NCBI RefSeq assembly: GCF_963853765.1 | Contig: NC_088853.1 | Span: forward strand, 25,916,001-25,980,000 | Direction: 5' to 3' | Length of the DNA stretch: 64,000 bases | Source of the DNA: Magallana gigas | Lineage: Eukaryota | Part shown: positions 47,969-58,744 of the stretch, in pieces | Layout of the letters: each line of letters starts with the position of its first letter | Numbering within the stretch: the first letter of the stretch is position 1 | The notes under the pieces: model-generated | What the model was told of the DNA's origin: nothing | Seen by the model: the letters and a program-made list of their open reading frames with translations, nothing else | Database searches by the model: none | Translations under genes and position numbers: made by a program

Positions 47969-50284
47969 GATTTTTGTAAAAATCCCTTTAAGGACAAAGA
48001 CTTCCTATAGATGCTAATAGTAACCCATGAAACTAAGGTAACCATAAACACTTTTTTTCCGAGTTTTCTCTCTTTAGGTTGCACAACACTATTAAATTCC
48101 CCGATTTATCTTACCAAACCCACTCAAATTTAGACTGCTCTCACACTCAGCTGTGTTTTCTTTCAGCTTCTCAGCCATACTGCCTCAGCCGCCGGCTGAG
48201 CTGACTTAAATACCCTTGGATCAGTTCATTCTAAGGGATATCAGGTCATTCCATTTTTAAGTTTGCGTTCAATTCGTTTCAGTATATTTTTACATATAGG
48301 TCCTACTATAGGTATATATATTTAAAGTAAATGATAGTATAATTTATTCTTAAGCAGGGGGAAGTGTAGCAGGAATAGGTTCAGTTCACGTTAATGATTC
48401 CATTTGTGACCCTATTTTCGTTTACAATAATATTTGGACGTTTCAAGTTTATATACTTACTTCTGTTGGTACTATAAATAGGTTCGTTTTGACATATAGA
48501 TCGATAATAATCCTTCACATGTGTTCGAGCATCATAGAAGATATCCAGTCTTTGTTTATATTTTTCTATTTGTTAATATACCTGAATATACCATTAACAA
48601 GCTTTTGCTTTGAAAGTAACACCTTAGATTTATCTAAAGCACAATTAACAACCATAATTTTAACCATTACTCGCAATCGACGTCATCAAACAGGCAGTTT
48701 TAACATTTGACAAAAGGCGCAAAAACCCCCAGAGGAAATTCGAAATAGCAGTAAATATGAACGAATTCGTAATGTTACGCAGTATATAAATCAAAAGTTT
48801 TTTCTTATTAGTAACATTTGTGCTAATGAAACATATTGATGTAGAAAATATGCGTGAATACCAATGAATTGTTGATTTACTTACCCATTGAATCTTTCCA
48901 CGAGCTATGTTTAGATGGTTTCGGAATAGATCAGTCGTAAAATTACCATATTCTCCTAATATAGACATTTCACCTTTTAAACCGGCATAAATTACAATCG
49001 TTACCCATCGGGATTTGTCCACTAAACAACGTAACACAAAGCATGAATGGCGAGATCACATTTTCATAATATCGGGATCGAAGTTACGAAGCGCCGCCTA
49101 GCGAGTGTGGTGGTTGCTACTTGCAATTATCGATTTTTATGAGGCTTGTACAATAGTGTTTTGATAGTAATTTGTTATCAGACACGATTGATTGCCCAAG
49201 CGTAATGACGCATGCCAATGTTTACACAACACAGTTGTAGGTCGTCCTACGGGTTATTTTTATACAATTTAATGAAGGTTATAATTCTTTTCATAGCCTT
49301 TAACGTTAAATGACCAATTTATAAATCTAATTTGGGCTAATTCTCACAATATCCACCGACTAGTTGTTTAATTTTCAAAATTCTCTTAAATTAATGAATC
49401 ATAAACGGTATTTATTGTATTAAATGATAGATCTAAGTTATGAAAAGGGCAAGTTTTATATTTTATACGGATAATTATTGTAGATTTTTTTAATCGTTCT
49501 TCGAAGTACAGGAATATTTTTTTTTAATGAAGAAAAACATGGCAATTTTTATATATCAAAATTCTTTAAATAGAATGAATTCAAACCGGTTACATTGGTA
49601 CTAAATGATAGATCTCTATTATGAAAAAGTCAAGTTCCATATATAGTACAGAAAATTGTTGTCGAAATTTATTTTCTTAAAACAAAAGGTGCACATATGT
49701 TTTTGCATTTGAATCAAACTTTTCTGCAAAATGATTTACGCCATTGGATATAAATTTGATTTACAATGCTTGAATATATTTTAAAATTGTATCTGGTGAC
49801 TGTTTATGCCTTAAATGATGTTTGTTATAAAAAATAACAGACAATATTACACATTATGTCGACATGTTTGCTATTCTATCTGAAGAATATAATGCAATTT
49901 AAGATGTAATTAAAGAAAAAGTAAAGATGCACAGTGATGTGTTTGATAAAAAAAAAATTCAAATTTCTAATATGGATATTATTTATTGCAGAGAAATGCC
50001 TCGTCTCAAACGAAGAAGTGGTTCCATTGGTCAAAGAAAAAAGTACCATTCCAAGAGACATCCAAGTCAAAGTCTGTCCGATAAATGCGACTCCATATTC
50101 TCTAATAGTACTACAGCACAACCTCATGTGGACCACAACTATTTATCTCTAGCAGCCCAACACTAAGACCATGACTTTAGTACTCTATCTGCCCAACCTT
50201 CGGTCCTACACTATTCATGCCTGACCTTGGACTACTGTTGTTCTACAGGACAGATCACCACTGACATTATTTTGCCAACTGAAA

Positions 50285-50608
50285 CTGTGCCTGTTGAAAA
50301 TGTGACACACTGTCTGAACACATATGGATACCCTCAAGGAATAAAACTTGGTAAAGAACAGTTCCCTTGAATGGGGATCACACAAATTTGAGCTGAAGAT
50401 GTCTTTCATGTGTCCCACTAAAGGTGACTCTAAGAACTGGGCCTGGCTCTGTGCCTGTTGAAAATGTGACACACTGTCTGAACACATATGGATACCCTCA
50501 AGGAATAAAACTTGGTAAAGAACAGTTCCCTTGAATGGGGATCACACAAATTTGAGCTGAAGATGTCTTTCATGTGTCCCAATAAAGGTGGCTCTAAGAA
50601 CTGGGCCT
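50285..50608 (+). repeat. 164-bp tandem duplication, plus a third partial copy at 50912-51009, in an unidentified coding remnant
   Basis: ctgtgcctgttgaaaatgtgacacactgtctgaacacatatggata... starts at 50285, 50449 and ~50939. Confidence 0.85.
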
Positions 50609-51439
50609 TGCTGCAAAACCTGGCCAACCTCACGATCACACTTTCCCCGAACGAGTTGTGCATAGGACATTCTTATAATCTTGTCAGCGTTTGAAGACTT
50701 GCCTCATGGAGAATACTTTCAATGTCCCCGGAGCAGGAGGGGGAAGGAGACTCGTTGTTTTCTGCAGTGGCACAAGAAGTTGCTGTTACTCTATTGTCAC
50801 TAGCTAGAAAAATAAGATAAATTTATTAATTAATATTTATATAATGCTACAAGATATTATTATTAATGAATTAATTTTTAATGTAAATATATTTTACGAA
50901 CGATTCAAAATGATCACCACTGACATTGTCAACTGAAACTGTGCCTGTTGAAAATGTGACACACTGTCTGAACACATATGGATAGCCTCAAGGAATAAAA
51001 CTTGGTAAATACTAAACTAAAATGCAGTTTACAGGAAGTAACGTTTAACAGTGACAATTTAATCCATTTTTTATTTTTCTCAGTAACTAGTGTTTCAATT
51101 TCTTTTGGTACAATCAAAGTGAGCATTTTGCTCTGGTCACAAACTGTGAAGTCCTTTTGTTTTTCTTTTTGGTCTTCCCTTTGAACACAATCACACTTGT
51201 CTTCCAGATAAATGTTTTCTTTATCAATGTTATCTTTCATCATTGGTGCATTCAGTCCATTTGAAACTTTTATTTCGAGCTCTTTTTCCAAGCCATGAGC
51301 AAACTATAATAAATAAACTGGTCAATGCATTTTTTACAAACAGAATATGCACATAATAAGAAATGCATTAAATCCAAAGACCACAGAGGGAATACAATAC
51401 GTCGGAAACGAGTCCCAGGTGTGCAACGGAATTGAAGGG

Positions 51440-52000
51440 TTCATTTACCAGGTACGTGTACCTGTGTGACGGTTCCTATTTACGAGCGGTGTTCAGCTTC
51501 AAGGTTCTTTTGACATTATTGCAAGATTTACCGTGGATTTACCGTGGATTTCTAAGAATAATATTTCTAAGAATAATATTTTAGTCCCGTGATCATGATT
51601 TATTGAAAATTGAGATGAATCCATGTGTCTGTGTTCGTCCTTCGCTCTTAATGCAAATAGTTTGCCGTTGTAAAATATATACACAGTTGGAAATTCCTGA
51701 GCAGTATTCATGTTCTTAACTTCTGATTTCTATGGCTGCTCATCATTTTGAATAATGGCAGGATCTGCACGGTTAATATTGGTGCCGATACCTATGTTTG
51801 TCAGTTCTTTAATTCTAGAGTCCTATTAGCAAATCAAAAGTTGTATCATCTTATTTTTAAAAGCAGATAGCCGCCTATTTACATTCCTTTCTCTAAAAAA
51901 CGTTGAATTTTGGCGGCAATGCTTGTCAGTTTGTTTGGTGGATAGTATATTTTTTGTTTAATATCATTGATGAATCTTTGAATCAAGAACTGCAAGTTTT
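51440..52000 (-). pseudogene. Degenerate Crypton tyrosine recombinase (second copy)
   Basis: ENLQFLIQRFINDIKQKIYYPPNKLTSIAAKIQRFFRE...DSRIKELTNIGIGTNINRADP...FYNGKLFALRAKDEHRHM aligns motif-for-motif with the 55289 ORF (ETLNYWMQRFVLEVRKQ..YPPRSL..LDARMKELLSKGLG..QADP..FYNCKLFGLRAYDEHKSL). Confidence 0.85.
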
Positions 52001-52451
52001 CAATACTTTTGAATCGTTAGCTTAATTATATTTAAATATACTACAGTTATATATTTATGCTCAGTGTTTGTATGATTATGTACTATTAACCAATTTAAAT
52101 AATAGTGTTAATCATTATTAAATATGTCTTGCATTCTGATTCACTGTACATATGCATATTAGTTTAGTTCTGAAAAATTGAAGAAAAAAAAGTTTCTGAT
52201 TGATTTAATCTCTATGGATATTAGTACTTTTTAATTCATAAAACAATGCTGATTTGTAATAAATAATACTTAATATCAAAATTGCAGTTTGACTGAAAAA
52301 CAATACATGCATTAGTGCAAGTATTTTGCTTCATTTTTCTACTATTATTTCTGTTTGCAAAATGATGACGAATTTTACAATGTTACGAATATTTAATGAT
52401 TATATGATTTTTATTTTTGATATATTTAGTTATTGATTTGAATGTTTTTAG

Positions 52452-52670
52452 GAGGACATGGCAAAAACCAAAAAAATAAAAAAAAGTACGTGGACAGAAT
52501 GTCACCGTCAAGACTGTACATGTAAGCTTGAAAGATAACACAGACACCATTAAAGTCTCGCTCTGGAGGGATTTGGCAGAACCATCATTTGTTGAAAATT
52601 TTCTCCGGATGACAAATGTGGTTGTGACTGCATTTAATGACGAAATCTCAATATCGTCAAACTCTAAAGA
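52452..52670 (+). pseudogene. OB-fold-like exon remnant
   Basis: VRGQNVTVKTVHVSLKDNTDTIKVSLWRDLAEPSFVENFLRMTNVVVTAFNDEISISS resembles an RPA-like OB fold (L.D.T..I.xxLW). Confidence 0.4.
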
Positions 52671-53132
52671 CCTTTTTACACGGATGTGATTTTACAGATC
52701 TGACTCGCCACATTTTACAAATCAGACCGTGTAAATAGAAAAATCATAAGACAGATACGAAGTCAGATGGAATAGAGACATGCTCTATTCTGTCTGGCTA
52801 GTCAGATGGTTTTGACCAATCATTTAACATTTGACCAATCATATCATGCTACAAAATCAAACACAAAACCAGGCCATATGCTCACCATGGAATCTCGAGC
52901 ACTGGAGTCACGACACTCAAAGCTGAGCTTGCTCCACAACGGGAAGAATAAATCATTTTAATTTTTAAATATGTTGGTGATAAATACCTTTTGTTTTGCT
53001 TTTCTTGTACTGCCTAGTTATGTGTCCCCGAAAACCAGATATGGAGTGCAGGATCTTCCTGGAGTCGGGGCACTGGTAACTGTGTTCTTCTTTTAGTGGC
53101 TGGTCACAAGACTTCATGGTCTGTGTTCTCCC

Positions 53133-53457
53133 CTAAAAGTTAATCCAAATCAATGACATTATCCCAACACAAGAAATCTTCCTGGTTCCTGGTTCTGAGT
53201 ATTCTTCATCAAATGTACCAGAAGGGGTATACTTTGCTCTGGATAGAGTTTTTGTTCTCAGATTGTTATGGAGTGCGCAGCAAGCCAAAACAATTTTCTG
53301 GGCCCTCTCTAGTTCCATATCAATTGTACTTTTAAAAGCTCTAAACCTACTTGCTAAAATACCAAAAACATTCTCGACATCTTTTCTTGCCCTAGAAAGC
53401 CCGTAGTTAAAAATTCCTTTTGATTAATCAAATGGTCTTGAAGGATACGGCTTCATT
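53133..53457 (-). pseudogene. PIF/Harbinger (DDE_Tnp_4) transposase C-terminal fragment, cut by a Helentron-like insertion at 53458
   Basis: MKPYPSRPFD*SKGIFNYGLSRARKDVENVFGILASRFRAF...LERAQKIVLACCALHNNLR. Confidence 0.85.
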
Positions 53458-54189
53458 GGGGTATATTGGTTTCACCCTGTCCGTCTTTCTGTAGACGCAA
53501 CTTTGTCCCACCCTATAGAGTTTTTTATTACTGCATGGAACAGTTTAAAAACTTGTACATATGTTGAACACCATCTGAAGATGTGCACCTGCAATTCTTT
53601 TCAAGATCAGACAAGATTTAATGATTTTATGATAATATTCATTTTCCTTATTCTATATATTGTACACTAATGTTGAAAAGTATAGAGGTAATCCTTACAG
53701 ATTTTATTGATTAATTAATATTATTAAAACACTCTAAAATATATTTATATAATACATGTAGATGAAGGTTTTTTGTCTTCATGTCTTAATTAATAAAAAA
53801 ATATTTTTTATAAGTATTCTATCAACTACAATACAAAAGTTTTGTATGTTAATGATAAATTCTTAGGAGCTAATGCGAACATCAAAGACAAGTGTGGCTG
53901 AATTCGTTTGTCCCAAGGGGGCCATAATCTGAACCATGGTTTAGATGGAGCATGTGTTTAGGGAAAATTGATTATCTGTAAAATGGGCGTTGGTTTTGGG
54001 GCTATTTAAAAACTGTTTCATGTAAACCAAAAATTTCTATCATTATAAGGAAATTAATAATAGCATTATTGATAAAGAGGTTAACTATTTTAAGAAGTTG
54101 TTTAAATTTATTAGTGAAGTAAATTGAACTGACCCTATAGAGCATTAATTTAAATGAAATTCAAAATTACTGATATGATTGTAGTGTTT
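53458..54189 (+). mobile_element. Truncated copy of the 41608-42972 element
   Basis: ggggtatattggtttcaccctgtcc...gtagacgcaacttt...attactgatatgattgtagtgttt is shared with 41637-42392. Confidence 0.8.
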
Positions 54190-55036
54190 AACTTACTAAC
54201 AAACAAAAATGTGAAAATTCTGTTTAACAAAAACATGTCAATATTTAGTCCTTCTTTGATCCAAAAATTTCCCTAAACAGTTCTAACTTCTTTTCCTGCA
54301 TTTTTCCATTTGATCCATGAACAACTTAAATTTCTGATCCTGTTTTTCTGATTCCTCTCTAAAAAAAAGTCTGAAGGCTCTGACCTAGGGCGCTTTCTTT
54401 TCTCTTTGAAACATTTTGGCGAGTCAGTCTCCTTTGTTAAAGTGTCATCAGATGAGGAAGAGGTGGAAGGTCCTGCTGCTGATGACAGGGTGAACATGAA
54501 AAAGTTGTTAAAGTAAACACAACTTGAAGGGAAAAATGTCATTAATATGTCACTAAAACTTTCTAAATCTAAAGCAAATATATACAAGTAAATGTAAACC
54601 ATCCAAAACATCAGAAGTATACTAATGCAAATCAGTGGAATGTTATATACAAGAACAAACTAACAATGTAGTACTTTTTAGTTTTTAAAAGTAAGTTAGA
54701 TTGTAATACATTGATCTCGTTTTCTCATTTCAAGTTTAACATATGTGTAAAAAATCAGTATTTTTAAGGAAGTCAAATGACATTACTAATTAACTAGAAT
54801 AATGAGATCTCAAGTATCATGCAAAAAAAAAAACCCACCAAAAACAAAAAACTCACAGAGATAATACATGTCACAAATTTACAACTACCTGAGTTTTAAA
54901 ACTATTCTCTAATAAATGATTGTATAAAATTATTTTATCATTATTAGAAGGGAGCTGATATTTCAAAAAGAGAAAAAAACTTAACAGTGTACAATTCTAA
55001 GAAAAGTTATAAATGTGTGATAGTTTTTATAAGTAA

Positions 55037-57133
55037 TATTTAGAGTACCTTTGAACGAGTGTATCTTCCGATACCGGTCGAGGGGGCGGAGCCCCCGAGA
55101 CTGGTATCGGAAGATGCACGAGTTCAAAGGTTACTCTAAATGTTTTGTATCATTGCGTATTCAAATTATTGCATCAGTTTTAATAATAAAACTGTGATCT
55201 AACATGAAATTGGCGCGGCTAAAATTTGACCAATCGGACCTCAATCTGGAAACCACGAGAACAAAATTCAGTTTGCAGACAGTTAATTATGGAGGACGGC
55301 ATGGATTTTTTGTTGTCCCAATGTGCGGAATCTGTAGAAAATCAAATATTTATGGAAGATTCGTTTGATTCTTTAACTCTTTCCCAAATAAGTGAATTAC
55401 CGGAAATGAAGAATGAACTCGACATGGACGTTGATTTTGATATAGGAGATGTTTTACAAATGTTGGAGACTGCTGCTGAAAACGCCCAAAATTCGACCAC
55501 TTCCGAATCTGAAGTTGACGATAAAATGAAAAAAGAACGATTTGGTCAGGTTTCAGATGATGAAATTCAACGTTTAATTGACTCCCAAACAAATTCAAAT
55601 ACGCGCAAGAATACCAAGTGGGCGATTGAGACATTCAACAAGTGGCGTATCGCGCGGGTCAATGTACCACTGTTGACCGAGATGACGAGTGAAACTCTTA
55701 ATTACTGGATGCAACGATTTGTTTTGGAGGTTAGAAAACAAGACGGATCGGAATACCCACCGCGTTCGCTCTACTACATTGTGTGTGGTTTATTACGTTA
55801 CTTGAGGGATGAAAGCATTCACAATATGAACTTTTTAGACGAAAAGGATCACAGATTTGCAGTATTTCAGCGGGTTTTGGACGCGCGAATGAAAGAACTG
55901 CTGTCAAAGGGATTAGGAACAAAAGTTCGCCAGGCGGATCCAATTTTACAAGAAGACGAAGAAAAAATTTGGAGCCAAAAAGTATTTGGTATGCATTCTT
56001 CTAAAGCGTTGCAATACACAGGGTTTTTCTATAACTGTAAACTGTTTGGACTACGTGCGTATGATGAACACAAATCACTGGAATGCGATCAGTTTGATTT
56101 AGGCTGTGGTGACAGAGGGAAATACATCCATTTTCATGGACGATCATCAAAAACTTATAAAGGAGGCCTAAGGCATATTCAGTTGCAAAACAAGGACATC
56201 AAACACTACTGCCTCAATGGTGAGTTAAACTTTGTAAATATTATTAAAGTATAAAATGTATATTTTTATAATGTGCATTTTCCCATGAGATATTGGTTAA
56301 GGTTTCCCGTTATTAGGATTTATGGAAATAGAGTAGCTGTATTTAAATTTTTTATATTTGTAAATACAGTACTTAACGTGACCATCGAATTCTTGTTTTG
56401 TTTTTTCAGCGGAGTCTGGCTGACTTTTACCTGGCATATATCGACGCCCTCGGACACAGGGGTCCATTTTACAGACGACCTTTGGCAAGTGGTATCAAGT
56501 ACAGCGAGCAGGTTCTTGGGATAAACAAAATCAAGGGTCTGATGAAAGAGATAACCAGAAACGCTGGACTTGTCGGGAATTTTACAAATCATTCCGGTAA
56601 AAGGACTTGTGCTACCCAGCTGTATCAAGCGGGCGTCGACGAGCAAGATATCATGAGTAGAACCGGTCATAGGTCCGAATCCGCTGTTAGGAAGTACAAG
56701 CGTACAAATTCCGTTCTTCAAGAAAGTGTTTCGAAAGTTTTGGATCCGCCTAAGAAGACGAAATGTGATATTGCATTAACGCCCGAGATTGATCTTGATG
56801 TATCGCCATTATTAGGAAAACATCCCGACATCGACGAGAAAAGTGATTCCTCGAAGTCAGTCTTTAACAATTGTGTTTTTAATTTTACGGCATAAAACAA
56901 ATGCGTGTGAATTTTTAAAACTATGCACTTTTGGATCCTAATTTTGCACTCGGTTCAGTGTCATGCTTTAAAAAAGTTTGTGTTTTGATATATGCAAGGA
57001 AACATTTTTTTTTCATTATTTTGTCAATAAATCTTTTTTTGCTTGTTTCACTTTATTTATAATCTGAATATGGTTTATCTGGATACACCACAGCTGTTAG
57101 AGCACAGCAAAACCATGGTGTATCAGAAATAAA
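55037..57133 (+). mobile_element. Crypton (tyrosine-recombinase DNA transposon) bracketed by two hairpins
   Basis: Hairpin 55037-55143 (ttagagtacctttgaac..tcttccgatacc.gtc GGGGGCGGAGCCCCC gactggtatcggaaga..gttcaaaggttactctaa) and hairpin 57074-57133 (gatacacca...tggtgtatc) flank the recombinase gene. Exact termini not determined. Confidence 0.8.
55289..56895 (+). CDS. Crypton/DUF3504-type tyrosine recombinase, two exons (intron ~56220/56234-56409)
   Basis: NTRKNTKWAIETF..W, YPPRSLY, GLRAYDEH (R), SKTYKGGL (K), NHSGKRTCAT (H-x-x-K in place of H-x-x-R), TGHRS (H), RKYKR (Y). Donor G|GTGAGT and acceptor ttttttcAG|. Confidence 0.88.
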
Positions 57134-57593
57134 AACACAAAGGTCATCAAAGCAAAACCATCGCAGCAATGATACAAATTTAATATAAGGGGAGCATTTC
57201 GCTGTCTTGTGGATCTTCGAGGGTGTTGGCAGCGGCGAGGTTGTTGACAGGGGGAGGTTGTTGATAAGGTTGTGGTCGATTCTGTTTAGGGAAAATTTGC
57301 TGGATAATTCTTGGATATATTATAAGGAGGATGAATAGGCACTGAATTAACACGATTACTAATTTAAGAATTCTTTGAATTGTCAGTTCAAATTTTGCCA
57401 GAACATCTACAATAAAAAAAAATAAATTAAAAAAATAAGATTACAAAAATTTAGAGTTCCCGTTCAAATGCTCGGTCAAAATGAATGTTTTCGTTTGAAC
57501 AGGGGCAGACACTATTTGCAATGACTCTCAAGGAATGTTTTCTTCACTAGATGGCATATGATGATATTAATAGAAGAATTACTGAAATATAAA

Positions 57594-58744
57594 TAAAGTA
57601 TCAAATTAAGCAGAATGATCTTTAGGAATTTCTTGCAGAGGAAAGGCATGATGCTGGAATTGTCTAATATGTCTTCTTTTAAATTTCCTAACACCATAAG
57701 CAATTATGGTGATTAGGATGATCAGAAATAGATAAATTAAAAAAACCACATACTGTAGAAGCACATATTTTCGTTGGGTCGAAATTTCGTTGTTTTTGAA
57801 CCAAATAAAATTCGTTGGCTTTAAATTTCGTCACATCATAATATCTTTGTATTCATTATTACTTTGTTTAAAAATTCGTCATGGATTTAATTTCGTTGAT
57901 TTCTACTGCCAACGAAAATAACGAAATTAAATCCTCAACGAATATTTCTGCTTCTACAGTACGTTATATTAAATGTAGTACAAACAAGAAAAAAAAAGTT
58001 ACCTATTACACCAGTCAGAATGTATGCGGTCAATTCCCAAGGCTTATTGTCATTGGAAGGTTGGAGAGGTGTCATACTTGTTGAGGTTGCAGTTACTGTT
58101 GTTTTGGGTTGAGTCGTTGTTTTGAGTTGAGCTGCTGTTTTGAGTTGAGCCGTTGTTTTGGGTTGAGTGTACTCAGTTGAGGCGTTACTGTGATAATTAC
58201 TGTAGACGTTTTTGTGAAATCCATCACCTTAATAGAACAAGTTATGAACAATTAGAATGTGCTATCATATTTGTTCTAATATGTAAACAAAGAATATTCA
58301 TGTTATGTACATATATGATAGAATTGATTGGGTGGGTAGACTTGATCAAAGTTCAATAGATAACACTTTGACAACACATGTTTCTTTTTCCAATTTTCTA
58401 ATGAAATTTACAAACACATCGTGTTCTGCATATGTATAAAGCAACATTCAGAGGCGAAATAACATTTCGACAAGGGGCATCTCCTTCTAAAATTTCGATT
58501 TTTGATAACTGGCCCGCGAATTCACCTGAAACAAATCAAGTGGAGGATTCTGTTAGTTTTGTCATAAATAAGATTTCCTCTCTTAAAAAGAATCAACTTC
58601 ATAGTGGCCCTATCCTCTCCATTCGCACTTTAGGATGATTCCTCTTTCACTTCCGCAGTCATTTCCATTAATTGCGATTGAAACTGCTGTAGAAAGTCCG
58701 ATCGAAAACCCCAACACAATAATCAGACGTATCGTGCCTGCCAT
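57594..58744 (-). pseudogene. Probable type-I membrane protein gene (signal peptide, Thr/Gln-rich stalk, TM, basic tail), frameshifted
   Basis: ccaccaATGG at 58744 gives MAGTIRLIIVLGFSIGLSTAVS. A later exon has QPKTTAQLKTAAQLKTTTQPKTT...WELTAYILTGVI|gtaac, and the next reads VCG(F)LIYLFLIILITIIAYGVRKFKRRH after a 1-nt correction in a T7 run. Confidence 0.55.
58097..58168. repeat. Four 18-bp tandem units encoding (T/A)Q(P/L)KT(T/A) on the minus strand
   Basis: tgttgttttgggttgagt cgttgttttgagttgagc tgctgttttgagttgagc cgttgttttgggttgagt. Confidence 0.9.

Noticed and set aside
54273-54611. Possible Myb/MADF partner ORF of the Harbinger fragment
   Set aside because: Only a low-complexity C-terminal-like segment is present and no Myb/SANT motif is seen.
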